Origin: a virus
Direction: 5' to 3' (one strand)
Length of the DNA stretch: 64,000 nt
Virus record (IMG/VR): IMGVR_UViG_3300008952_000005
Location: 1-64,000 of that record
Both the position numbers and the translations under genes were made by a program. Positions 47,662-57,005 of the stretch are shown piece by piece (position 1 is the stretch's first letter; every line of letters starts with the position of its first letter). The notes below the pieces were generated by a model that was not told the origin of the DNA, made no database searches, and saw nothing but the letters and a program-made list of their open reading frames with translations.

Positions 47662-48960
47662 TTAGTAATTAATTCCTATTCCGTGGAGTTGTGTTTCTTT
47701 AGTAGTATCTGCCTGGTTCGCCCAAACAGCTTTGTAAATAACTCCTGTGCCACTTGTACAAGTTGTTTCTCCCAAACGGACTTGTTTAACACCAGTACTA
47801 TAGACTGGAGTAATAGTATCATAACTTGACGCTTCAGTCCAATTTGAACCATTATCACAACTGAAATATATTTTTAAATCCGTTCCGATAACTCCTGTTC
47901 CAATACCATCTTTATAAAGCATTGTTCCAGCTACTTTTGTTTTAGCTACATCTACTGTATTAGCTGATTGAATTAATGTTCCTGTTGCTGTTGATGTTGT
48001 ACGTTCTTGTGGAGTAAAAGTTGTTCCATTAGGATATCTACAATTATTTGATATTCTCATTTCATCTAAATAACCGTTAAGAACACCATAAGAGTCAGTA
48101 TAAGCTCTTTTACTTATCCATACTTGACCACCTAAAGCACCAGTCATTAAATGACCACCAGAAGAAGTTGGTACAGAAGCAGAACCATCTTGTACACCAT
48201 CTTTATAAAATCTTATTGTACCTCCATCTCTAACTACTGCCATATGATACCATTGACCTGTTGACATAGCAGTACCAGATTCAAAAGAAAAATCATCTGC
48301 TGTTGTTGTACTATTTCTATGATAAACATTAAATTTTTGTTTCATTCCTGCATTAGGACTAATACCCCAATGCCAAGCACCACCTACATCTGTACTATCT
48401 GTTTTTGCTTGGTTGAATATATCATATCCGTGTGTGCCTGTATTGACGTTCATATATATCCAAGTTTCCATAGTCCAATCACCTGTCCCCCAAATCCAAT
48501 CATCACTATCAGGCATTGATAAAGAGTCATCTGAACCATCAAAGAAAGCAGAAGCACTTCCAAATTTTTTAGTTCCTGTATTTGTAGTAGGTTGATTACG
48601 TCTAGTTATTGTTCTATTGTGTGAAGAACTATCTGTAAATACTGTCCCACCATTAGAACCATTATAATGTAATAATGCTAAAGTATTAGCGTCGCTTACC
48701 CATTCGTCAACAGTTGTTATAGCAGTTGTTATATGACCACTAACTCTATCTACATCTGTTTGTGTTCCTAGATTTGTGTCATCTGAAAACGTATCTATAA
48801 AAGTATTAGGCAAATTGAAAGCAGCAGACGATTCGTTTGTTGCTTCTCTCAAAGCCAAAGCTGTTACATCATCTTTAACTGGTTGCACACTTGCACCTAA
48901 AGTTAAAGGTGTGCCATCTGTATTTACATTGTTAGCTCTATTTCTTGTTCTAATTCCCAT
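47662..48960 (-). CDS. LamG/concanavalin-A-like domain virion protein
   Basis: LALLHYNG, KFGSASAFFDG, DWTMETWIY, WYHMAVVRDGGTIRFYKDG, GYLDEMRIS. Confidence 0.8.
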   Translation of the reverse strand: MGIRTRNRANNVNTDGTPLTLGASVQPVKDDVTALALREATNESSAAFNLPNTFIDTFSDDTNLGTQTDVDRVSGHITTAITTVDEWVSDANTLALLHYNGSNGGTVFTDSSSHNRTITRRNQPTTNTGTKKFGSASAFFDGSDDSLSMPDSDDWIWGTGDWTMETWIYMNVNTGTHGYDIFNQAKTDSTDVGGAWHWGISPNAGMKQKFNVYHRNSTTTADDFSFESGTAMSTGQWYHMAVVRDGGTIRFYKDGVQDGSASVPTSSGGHLMTGALGGQVWISKRAYTDSYGVLNGYLDEMRISNNCRYPNGTTFTPQERTTSTATGTLIQSANTVDVAKTKVAGTMLYKDGIGTGVIGTDLKIYFSCDNGSNWTEASSYDTITPVYSTGVKQVRLGETTCTSGTGVIYKAVWANQADTTKETQLHGIGINY

Positions 48961-48961
48961 T

Positions 48962-50464
48962 TTATGATCCTAAATATCTTATTACTATTTCTGCACTAGC
49001 GGCAGGTGCTGTTATGAAAGTTAATGTTGTTCCAGCATATGTATAATCGTCTGTTGGTACTAAACAAATACCATTTACAAATACTAAAATATTATCTACA
49101 GTTCTACTAGCAAGAATTGTAAATCCTGTTGTTGAACCATCACCTACGTGTGATTTATCTGTTGTGAAAGGTGTAGCACTAGCAGCAGCAGCTGGTTCAA
49201 ATTTTGTAGTTGAAGAATTCCATTGTAATACTTGTCCATTAGTAATTCCTGTCATACTTATATTTGAAATATCATCAGCACTAGAATTTTCTGTTAACAT
49301 TTCAACCCAACCTGAAGTAGTTGCTATATAAGGTTTAAGTGTTGTTTCATCTAAAGCAGGTGTACCTGAATAAGTAGTTGAATTAGGAAAGGCTGCTAAG
49401 TTTGCGTGATTAAATCTTATTGCTGAATTTTGTCCACTAACTGTTATATAAGCAGAACCTATTAGTGATAAACCATTTATTGTTGAAGCAGTTGATCCTA
49501 ATGAAATTGCTGTAGAACCAATAGTAATTGAATCATTTGCTAAATTAGCATTTGTAATTCCAGCAGTACCACTTAATTCTGAATTTGTAAGTCCTCCAGC
49601 TGTTAGTGTAACAGTATCACCACTTACAACTGTTGTTATACCAGTACCACCAGATATTTTAAAAACATCTCCTTGTTCTATGGAAGAAGTTGTTGATGTA
49701 TCATCTGCAATATTGAATAAAGAACCTGTAATTATAGGAGTTAAAATAGTTTTATTTGTTAGGGTTTGAAAACCTGATAATGATACTACATCACCTGTTG
49801 GTGTGTTAATAACTGGACTTGTTAATGTTTTATTTGTTAAAGTTTGTGTTGCAATTTCTGAAACTAAAGTTGAGCTACCCTCTTTTGGTAATAACATTGT
49901 GTTAGTTACACCCTCACTATGAGGTTGTGCTGCTATAGTCTGTCCGTGTGTATTGGCGTAGCAATTAAGTATAATTTTTGCGTCAGCGGAAGAACCATCA
50001 CCTCTAACTTCTAAAATTGCACTAGCTGGTTCTAATTGCATATTACCAGTATCGTTTGTCAATTTACTGCCAAGAGTAGCAGTAGTTAAAGTTTTACTTG
50101 AAAGAGTTTCTGTACCACCAAGTGTCGCAAAATCATCATCTGATAAAGCAGTATTAAATAGTGCTGTAGTACCTGTAATAGTATTAGTTGCTAAATCAAG
50201 TGATTTATTTGTTAGTGTATCTGTTGATGATTCTGTAAGAACTGTAGAGTCAATATCAAAAGTTAAAGTATTACCAACTAAAGTAGTATCAATACCAGTA
50301 CCACCTGCTAAATTAAGTAATCTATTCTGGTCTATAGAACTACCGTCACCTAAAGCAGTATAAATTTCATTAAAGTTATCATTTATAATACCACCACCAA
50401 CACGTAGGTTACTACCTGTTCCGTCATTAGCTGCTGATCCTATATCTATTGATTTTTTTGCCAT
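48962..50464 (-). CDS. gp9: gp9/gp10-like baseplate wedge/tail-fibre connector
   Basis: IDIGSAANDGTGSNLR.G..IINDNFNEIY N-terminus; TxTLTNKTL repeats. Confidence 0.75.
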   Translation of the reverse strand: MAKKSIDIGSAANDGTGSNLRVGGGIINDNFNEIYTALGDGSSIDQNRLLNLAGGTGIDTTLVGNTLTFDIDSTVLTESSTDTLTNKSLDLATNTITGTTALFNTALSDDDFATLGGTETLSSKTLTTATLGSKLTNDTGNMQLEPASAILEVRGDGSSADAKIILNCYANTHGQTIAAQPHSEGVTNTMLLPKEGSSTLVSEIATQTLTNKTLTSPVINTPTGDVVSLSGFQTLTNKTILTPIITGSLFNIADDTSTTSSIEQGDVFKISGGTGITTVVSGDTVTLTAGGLTNSELSGTAGITNANLANDSITIGSTAISLGSTASTINGLSLIGSAYITVSGQNSAIRFNHANLAAFPNSTTYSGTPALDETTLKPYIATTSGWVEMLTENSSADDISNISMTGITNGQVLQWNSSTTKFEPAAAASATPFTTDKSHVGDGSTTGFTILASRTVDNILVFVNGICLVPTDDYTYAGTTLTFITAPAASAEIVIRYLGS

Positions 50465-50485
50465 TTCTTCCTTAAATTACTTTAC

Positions 50486-50493
50486 TATTTATA
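50486..50493 (-). promoter_or_regulatory. T4-type late promoter for gp9-like gene
   Basis: Exact match, intergenic. Confidence 0.8.
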
Positions 50494-50498
50494 ATCAT

Positions 50499-53084
50499 TT
50501 ACGGTGTTGTATCATCAAAAGTTGGTCCTGTTTGAGAGAAGTTAGTTACTGTATTACTGAACTCATTACTACTATAAGTTAAGAATGAAGGAAACGCAAG
50601 AGCCATTTTAACTTTCTGTCCTTCAGGATGTGAAGACATTAAGAATACTCCACCTTGACCATCTAAACTAGTTCTTGTTCCAAATACTTTTAAATTATTT
50701 AATTGTTCAAACGTATGTCCTGTACCACCAATTGAAGTATTAAATATAGTATTTGCATACTTATTAAGTGTTCCCCATTTTGGTCCAGCATATGCGTAAC
50801 CAGCTTTAACAAATTGACCACCTATTGTTGCCCTTTTTCTACTCAAATAATCTATTGTTAATCCAGGTCTTGTTAAAGTTACATCCCTTTGATTTGCTTC
50901 AAAATGTTCATTTGTATTATGGTCTAAATCAATTGCTCCTGGTTCAAGAGGTTTTGCTCTTAAAGATGTTCCATCATCTATCGTTCCTAATCTTCTACCA
51001 AATATCACCGAGAATAAAGTATTAAGAATTGCAATTAATGGTATTTCAACTTCCGTTCTACCAGAAACAGCACCAACTAATGGTAATGATCCTTTAGCAC
51101 TTAATCTATTTGTAATATCTACTTGACCTGTAAAATAGAATCCTGCTGTATGCATTGTCTTTTTAAATGCGTCCCGCCATACTGCAATAGAACTAGCAAC
51201 TTTTAATACATAAGAAAAATCTTGATAGTATCTACTATCTTGTACTTTCATTGTTACTTCAGAAAGTTTACCATCTTCATTAATAAATTGTCCATCTGTA
51301 TCTGAAACTGAAACTACATTGACATTTGCTGTTGCAACATCAATTTTAGCAATAGTTCCTGACCCACCTGAATCTGCTGATAATAATTGACCTTCTGTAA
51401 ATGCACCTGTAATATTTTTAATTCTTAATACATTTGTAGAAGTGTTATATGAAACAATTGTTCCTTGTCCACCTGAAACTGTACAAGATTGCCCTACTGT
51501 AAATGCACCACTAACACCTGTTAATACACAACTGTTATAAAATTCTAATACTGGAGGACTAGGAGCGTCTTGATATTTTTTTCCTAACTCAATTGTTTTT
51601 AATGCAATAATTCTTCCAATTTCATCACCCCACGCATTTACACTTCCAGTTGAACCGCCTGATGATGTTATAGTTACGCCAGGTAAAGAAGTATATCCTG
51701 TACCACTATAAGTTAAAAATACTTTTTCAATTGTTCCTGTGCCTGTTCCTAATTCTTGCATAATACTATTACCAAAATATGGGTCTGCTGCCATAGTACC
51801 ATCTTCTAAAACTATTTGGTCAGAATCTTCACCTGCAATACCACCATTAATAACTCTTACAAATCCAGCAGCATCCCTTCCGTTTGTTCCAGTATTATCA
51901 AATACTAATTTATCACCGACTTCATAATTTATTCCTTTATTATTAATTACAATATCTGTAATTCCACCAGAACCAACTTCATCAATATTAAATATAGCAC
52001 CTATACCACCTGCAATAACTTTAATTGTATCAGTAGTTTCATTTAATGCACCATCATTTGTAAGTGATTTTGTTCCTGGAATACCAGTTATAGTTGCTTT
52101 AATATACCAATCATCTGTATCAGAAGCAGAACCTTGTATTTGTTCTCCAATTTGAAATGTGCCTTGAATAGAATCACTATTTAAAATAAATTCTGTAACT
52201 GTATCTGCACCTATTTGAAAATTGGTAACATTTTCAACAACTGCATAGGCACCACTATCTGCACCTGTAATTGTTCTTCCAACTAATTGTGCTGTATTAC
52301 CAATATCAGCAATAGCTCTTAAAACTTTTAATGTATCATACTTACCATCTGATATTCTTAATATTTGTTCTCTTGGATAAAAGGTTTGTGATTCTTCATT
52401 GAATAATATTCTAAAAAATATTTCGTGTCCTCTATTCGTTCCTTTTGAACGATAAAGTGATTTAACATTTTTTATAAGACTTCTTTTGTCAACTTGATTT
52501 GCTAATGTATCTGGTAATGTTGCAAGAAACTCATCCCTAAAATTTGATAAGAAATTACTAATTACATTATCTGGATCTCTAAAGTTAACTAGGTCAGCAA
52601 TATTATTTACTGGATTTGGTTTATAATTATCTATTGTTGCATATGCATTTGAACTACCACCTACAACTATTTCACCTTTTATAAATTTATCTTGAGCAGA
52701 TATGAATAAACGTCCAGTATCTAAATCTTCTGTTAATACAACAGCAGTTGCACCAGAAGTTTGTCCTGTTATATTTTCTCCACGAGTAAATTTTCCATAT
52801 TCAGTACCAGAATAAGTTTCAAAAATAACTTTATCACCTGCGTCAAGTAATGTTCTTGTACTACCTAAAGAACTTGCATTTAAAACTAAATTATTTGCTT
52901 GGTCTGTTTCTGTTTCTAATAAGATACCTTCTGTAGATTTAACAGAAGTTACTGATAACTCAGCGGACTCTAGTAATTGGTAATAGACTTTAAGAAATTC
53001 AGCAAACTTTGGATGTTCACTAACTACGAATTCAGGTAGTTGACCAGAAAGTATTGTAGAAATCTTATCATTAAATTTTGCCAT
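50499..53084 (-). CDS. gp7: baseplate wedge protein gp7-like
   Basis: QLPEFV...HPKF.EFLKVYY, IKNVKSLYRSKGT, QDSRYYQDFSYV, HTAGF; between gp6 and gp9. Confidence 0.75.
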   Translation of the reverse strand: MAKFNDKISTILSGQLPEFVVSEHPKFAEFLKVYYQLLESAELSVTSVKSTEGILLETETDQANNLVLNASSLGSTRTLLDAGDKVIFETYSGTEYGKFTRGENITGQTSGATAVVLTEDLDTGRLFISAQDKFIKGEIVVGGSSNAYATIDNYKPNPVNNIADLVNFRDPDNVISNFLSNFRDEFLATLPDTLANQVDKRSLIKNVKSLYRSKGTNRGHEIFFRILFNEESQTFYPREQILRISDGKYDTLKVLRAIADIGNTAQLVGRTITGADSGAYAVVENVTNFQIGADTVTEFILNSDSIQGTFQIGEQIQGSASDTDDWYIKATITGIPGTKSLTNDGALNETTDTIKVIAGGIGAIFNIDEVGSGGITDIVINNKGINYEVGDKLVFDNTGTNGRDAAGFVRVINGGIAGEDSDQIVLEDGTMAADPYFGNSIMQELGTGTGTIEKVFLTYSGTGYTSLPGVTITSSGGSTGSVNAWGDEIGRIIALKTIELGKKYQDAPSPPVLEFYNSCVLTGVSGAFTVGQSCTVSGGQGTIVSYNTSTNVLRIKNITGAFTEGQLLSADSGGSGTIAKIDVATANVNVVSVSDTDGQFINEDGKLSEVTMKVQDSRYYQDFSYVLKVASSIAVWRDAFKKTMHTAGFYFTGQVDITNRLSAKGSLPLVGAVSGRTEVEIPLIAILNTLFSVIFGRRLGTIDDGTSLRAKPLEPGAIDLDHNTNEHFEANQRDVTLTRPGLTIDYLSRKRATIGGQFVKAGYAYAGPKWGTLNKYANTIFNTSIGGTGHTFEQLNNLKVFGTRTSLDGQGGVFLMSSHPEGQKVKMALAFPSFLTYSSNEFSNTVTNFSQTGPTFDDTTP

Positions 53085-53090
53085 TTGTCA

Positions 53091-54944
53091 TTAATAACTG
53101 GAAGTAGTTGTGTATCCCACACCTGCCTCAGCACTTCCTCCTACAAAACTATCGGCAGTAACCGTTATAGTTGAATTTGCAATATCCATTTCAACAATTT
53201 GGTCTCTAACTGGAACAACATCATTAGAACTTGGTGTTACTGTTAATTCAACTACTGTTGAAGTTGTGCCTCTAATATTTGATATACTAGCAATGTTTAA
53301 TGAATTAAGTGTTATTGCACCTGTGCTATAATCAATTGTTCCTTGTGTTGAATTTAAATAAGATTTTACTCCACTTGCTACATAATATAAACGAACATTA
53401 CCTGCGCCGTCATCATCAAAAAAGCATTCGTTATCATTACCATCAATTTTAAATCCAGATGAACTTAATATTCCACCTGTACTTGCCATATGTCCAGAGT
53501 GTGGATTATATAATGCATTTCTAAAATAGATATTATATTTTGAAGATGTTAAAAGTATCGGTTGGAAAACTTTTCTTATTTTAACAGTTGTTATGTTTGA
53601 TAAAATACTATCGTCTGTACCATCAATCAAACCTGTTACCTTTGAATATCTGAATACTGAATCAAACTTTTGTAAGTTTTCTAAATTATAATTTATTAAT
53701 GTATCAATAACATCTGCCTTTATAGTATCAGAAGTTTTTGCTGTTGCCTTTGCGTCATACTTAACATTTGAAGTAATTAATACAGAAGTTGTTTCTGGAT
53801 CTTTTATAATTGGTCTTACTGAAGCAACGTTATAAGGTTTTAATTGAGTTACTATATCTGCTTTTGATGTATCTGATAATACTGTTCCTGATTTTGCTTT
53901 AATAGAAATATTTACAACACCGTAAGTTGGAGTTTCGTCATCTTCACCACCCCACGCACTTACTGATAATGCATTTGGATAAATTGATTTAACTATTGTT
54001 TCATAGTCAGTTGCTGTAACTGCTCTATCTTGAGCGGCATAATTTAATGGTGCATTAAATTTTATTGATTGATTTGATTCTGAAACTGAACCACCTTGTG
54101 AATTTGAATCAGTTGTTATAGTTACGTCTGTATAACCACCAATGTTTCCTGATAAATTAAATTTTGAAGCACCGTTTGATTCTTCTTGATTGGTAACAAT
54201 ATATTCTAAAATAATTATATTACCATCATCTAATTTCTTACCTGTTACACCATCACCAAAATAAATTTCAAACTGACCATCTTGACTCTCTTGTATAAAA
54301 TAAACTTTTGAAGAACTTGATACATTATTATAACCACCAGCTAAAGTAAAAACACTTTGTGTTGTATCTGTATTACTATTTTGAACTGTAACTTTTAAAG
54401 TTGAAGTATCTGCACTAATAGATGGTATCAAAAATCTTTGGTCACTATCAGTTGCGTCAGCTGTATATTTAAATGTAACCAATGTTCCTTCATAAAGAGT
54501 TACATTTTCAAATGTATAAACTCCATTTACTGGTGCAATTGTTATATCTGAATTAGTTGTATATTGATAATCTATTTTATCAACTGTAGTTGTGAAAACT
54601 GTTCCCTTCTGCATTGTAACTGAGGAACCTATTGCGCCATTAACAAGAATATCAATAGACGCTCTTGGTGCTCTCGGAGATGATGGAGTATAACCTAACA
54701 TCTTCGCAATTGATACAATATTATTTCTAATATCAGCACTATCCAAATACATTTCATTAGTTGACATATTAGCAATATATGACAAATAGTGAGTGTTGTA
54801 AGATAGTAAATCTATTAGAATAGATAAACCAGAACCTTCAAAATCAAAATCTTGAAATTGTGTTTGACTTTGTAAAAAAGTTTTTAAATTTACTTTAATT
54901 TTATCAAAATCTAATTCTGATACATTTAATTTATGTTGCGACAT
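53091..54944 (-). CDS. gp6: baseplate wedge protein gp6
   Basis: LDFDKIKVNLK, DFDFEGSGLSILIDLLSYNTHY, FGDGVTG, AQDRAVTATDY, WGGED. Confidence 0.95.
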   Translation of the reverse strand: MSQHKLNVSELDFDKIKVNLKTFLQSQTQFQDFDFEGSGLSILIDLLSYNTHYLSYIANMSTNEMYLDSADIRNNIVSIAKMLGYTPSSPRAPRASIDILVNGAIGSSVTMQKGTVFTTTVDKIDYQYTTNSDITIAPVNGVYTFENVTLYEGTLVTFKYTADATDSDQRFLIPSISADTSTLKVTVQNSNTDTTQSVFTLAGGYNNVSSSSKVYFIQESQDGQFEIYFGDGVTGKKLDDGNIIILEYIVTNQEESNGASKFNLSGNIGGYTDVTITTDSNSQGGSVSESNQSIKFNAPLNYAAQDRAVTATDYETIVKSIYPNALSVSAWGGEDDETPTYGVVNISIKAKSGTVLSDTSKADIVTQLKPYNVASVRPIIKDPETTSVLITSNVKYDAKATAKTSDTIKADVIDTLINYNLENLQKFDSVFRYSKVTGLIDGTDDSILSNITTVKIRKVFQPILLTSSKYNIYFRNALYNPHSGHMASTGGILSSSGFKIDGNDNECFFDDDGAGNVRLYYVASGVKSYLNSTQGTIDYSTGAITLNSLNIASISNIRGTTSTVVELTVTPSSNDVVPVRDQIVEMDIANSTITVTADSFVGGSAEAGVGYTTTSSY

Positions 54945-54947
54945 TTA

Positions 54948-55430
54948 TTATCTTAACCTTTGTAATTCTACCGACATTGATTGTGGACCTGGCACTCCAA
55001 TAATATAAAAATGTATTTCAACTACTAATCTATTACTATCAACATCATCACCAAATGGACTGTTAGTTACAAAATTATTATCATTAATAACGATAGATGT
55101 TATACTTATTCTTGGTTCGTGATTTTGTAAAACTTCTTCTATTTTTCTTTTTAAAAATATAGAAGTCATTGGTGTATAATTTTCAAAAAGAAGTTGTCTT
55201 ACACCACACCCCAATTCTGGATGAAAAGGTCTCTCATAGTAATTTGTTAATATCAAATTTCTTACAGACCTCTTTATAGCATTAGCATCCTCAAGTGTAC
55301 CAATATCGTTGGTAATTGGATGCCTAGTAAAATTTAAATCTATATCTTTAAACTTCCTAGATTGCCTCGTACTAGAGCTTTTTACCTCACTAGTATAATC
55401 TGATTTAAATTTCTGATTTTGTTGTCCCAT
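54948..55430 (-). CDS. gp25: baseplate wedge protein gp25
   Basis: DIDLNFTRHP, AIKRSVRNLILTN..ERPFHPELG, LFEN, HEPRI. Confidence 0.93.
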   Translation of the reverse strand: MGQQNQKFKSDYTSEVKSSSTRQSRKFKDIDLNFTRHPITNDIGTLEDANAIKRSVRNLILTNYYERPFHPELGCGVRQLLFENYTPMTSIFLKRKIEEVLQNHEPRISITSIVINDNNFVTNSPFGDDVDSNRLVVEIHFYIIGVPGPQSMSVELQRLR

Positions 55431-55438
55431 ACTGTATA

Positions 55439-55446
55439 TATTTATA
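55439..55446 (-). promoter_or_regulatory. T4-type late promoter for gp25
   Basis: Exact match inside inverted repeat ACTGTATA-TATT-TATACAGT. Confidence 0.75.
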
Positions 55447-55450
55447 CAGT

Positions 55451-55753
55451 TTATCCCGCTCTTACGTTAGATGAACCTTGATACATTGCTCCAAAATCAA
55501 AAGAATCTCCAATTCTTGCTACACCCTTACCTTCAGCACGAACTGTTGTTGACGCCATATTAACTTTAGCTCCACCGTGTGGGACACAATAAATACCTAC
55601 AAGCCACGTATGTGGTAAAGCAGGATCATTAAGTCTAACAATTGGTATACCATTTGCTTTAACTGTAAATTGTGTTGCTTTAACTCCTATAACTGCTGTA
55701 CAAGGATGTCCTGTTGTACCTAAATCTATTGTATCCCTACAAATTTTTGGCAT
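55451..55753 (-). CDS. PAAR-like spike tip protein gp5.4
   Basis: TVKANGIPIVRLND, H...C.PH, VRAEGKGVARIGD, GSSNVRAG. Confidence 0.85.
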   Translation of the reverse strand: MPKICRDTIDLGTTGHPCTAVIGVKATQFTVKANGIPIVRLNDPALPHTWLVGIYCVPHGGAKVNMASTTVRAEGKGVARIGDSFDFGAMYQGSSNVRAG

Positions 55754-55757
55754 TACT

Positions 55758-55862
55758 TTATGCTAATATCCAAATGGCTACTATAACTATTAATACCCAA
55801 TTAGGTACTGAACTTTTAGTAAACCATTCTTTTACTTTTTTCGTGTCTATTGGTTCTATCAT
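55758..55862 (-). CDS. small membrane peptide (34 aa), absent from ORF track
   Basis: MIEPIDTKKVKEWFTKSSVPNWVLIVIVAIWILA; ATGA overlap with bL12 stop, ends 5 nt before PAAR start. Confidence 0.55.
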   Translation of the reverse strand: MIEPIDTKKVKEWFTKSSVPNWVLIVIVAIWILA

Positions 55863-56221
55863 TTTACCTCTATTTTTCCTCCAGCAGACTCAATGTCTGC
55901 TTTTATTTTATCTACTTCTTCTTTTTGTTGGTCTTCTGCAATTACAGAAGGGACTCCTTCAACAAAATTCTTTGCTTCTAGTAATCCCATATCTTTAAAT
56001 GCTCTAATTGCTTTAATTACACTAATTTTTTTATCAGGATCAAAACCTGTTAGTGTAATTTTGAATAAAGACTCTTCTTTTTCTTCTACTACTGCCGCTG
56101 GTGTACTCATTATAGCATTTAAATCTAAACCCCAAGTCTTTTCAAGTTTTTTTGCTAATTCACCCGCTTCAATAACTGTTAATTTTCCCAATTGTTCTAC
56201 TAACGTATCAATATTACTCAT
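55859..56221 (-). CDS. rplL: 50S ribosomal protein bL12 (L7/L12)
   Basis: LVEQLGKLTVIEAGELAKKLEKTWG, KISVIKAIR, GLLEAKNFVEGVP, KADIESAGGKIEVK; both domains present. Confidence 0.93.
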   Translation of the reverse strand: MSNIDTLVEQLGKLTVIEAGELAKKLEKTWGLDLNAIMSTPAAVVEEKEESLFKITLTGFDPDKKISVIKAIRAFKDMGLLEAKNFVEGVPSVIAEDQQKEEVDKIKADIESAGGKIEVK

Positions 56222-56224
56222 AAT

Positions 56225-56431
56225 TTACTTTCCTAACTTGTCTTTTCTACCAATAGGTAGTTTTTGCCACTTGGTCATCTCTTGACCTTTCTTACTTATC
56301 CACTCAATAAAGATTAATGGCGTTTTTACTTTATTTTGGAAAGATTTAACTGCCTTTTTCCAACTCGTAGCAGATATTTCTTGATTTATTTCTTTATTAT
56401 CTGTAAATTTAAACTTTTTTTCTTTTGACAT
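56225..56431 (-). CDS. small basic hypothetical protein
   Basis: MSKEKKFKF...ISATSWKKAVKSFQ...WISKKG; start reset to 56431. Confidence 0.65.
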   Translation of the reverse strand: MSKEKKFKFTDNKEINQEISATSWKKAVKSFQNKVKTPLIFIEWISKKGQEMTKWQKLPIGRKDKLGK

Positions 56432-56570
56432 TCTGTTTATTCCTTTTCGCACTACATTTTTTATCATCACATCTACAATATTTACAGATTTCCAATTTTC
56501 TTGCTTCCATCATTTCGTACTTTGGCTTTCCGCAATGGGATTCTCTCCCACAATTGTTGCAATAAGTCAT
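56409..56570 (-). CDS. small Cys-rich putative metal-binding protein (53 aa), absent from ORF track
   Basis: MTYCNNCGRESHCGKPKYEMMEARKLEICKYCRCDDKKCSAKRNKQNVKRKKV; ATG 8 nt downstream of late promoter. Confidence 0.7.
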   Translation of the reverse strand: MTYCNNCGRESHCGKPKYEMMEARKLEICKYCRCDDKKCSAKRNKQNVKRKKV

Positions 56571-56577
56571 AATATAG

Positions 56578-56585
56578 TATTTATA
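56578..56585 (-). promoter_or_regulatory. T4-type late promoter for Cys-rich/bL12/PAAR operon
   Basis: Exact match, intergenic. Confidence 0.8.
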
Positions 56586-56677
56586 CTAAAAATTACAAAG
56601 ATAAATTGCTTCCCGATTCGGAAATTTGTCTATATCATAGGAAAATCTGCAATTATGAACGTTTCCACAAGAAACTA

Positions 56678-56692
56678 GAACAAAAAGCGAAC
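56678..56692 (+). promoter_or_regulatory. alphaproteobacterial-type LexA box
   Basis: GAAC-AAAAAGC-GAAC (GAAC-N7-GAAC), context TAGAACAAAAAGCGAACA. Confidence 0.55.
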
Positions 56693-56741
56693 ACATAACT
56701 AAAAAAACCTTGATTTTTCTCATTTTTTTTAAATTTTTCCC

Positions 56742-56770
56742 TTGACTTTCCTAAATTTTTAGTGTATATT
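56742..56770 (+). promoter_or_regulatory. sigma70-type promoter
   Basis: TTGACT-17 bp-TATATT upstream of AAGGAG RBS. Confidence 0.7.
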
Positions 56771-56798
56771 TAACGTATAAGTTGAAAAGGAGAACATT

Positions 56799-57005
56799 AT
56801 GAAAAAAATACTTGAATATTTAACAATTATTTTATCAATAGGAGGAACTTTCTGTCTAATCGGCGCTGTCGGCGCAATTGACGGCGGTTATAACGGAATT
56901 CCTATGAACGATAATTGGTTTTTATGTGGTACTTTGTCATTGTTAGGAATTGCTATGTTTATTTTAGCATTATACTCGCAAACGTTGTATTCTGAACAAG
57001 ACTAA
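56799..57005 (+). CDS. small two-TM membrane protein
   Basis: Two hydrophobic helices; AAGGAG RBS and sigma70 promoter upstream. Confidence 0.7.
   Translation: MKKILEYLTIILSIGGTFCLIGAVGAIDGGYNGIPMNDNWFLCGTLSLLGIAMFILALYSQTLYSEQD

Noticed and set aside
56586-56798. tRNA or rRNA in intergenic gaps
   Set aside because: No cloverleaf or T-loop (GTTCRA) pattern with a matching acceptor stem was found by eye
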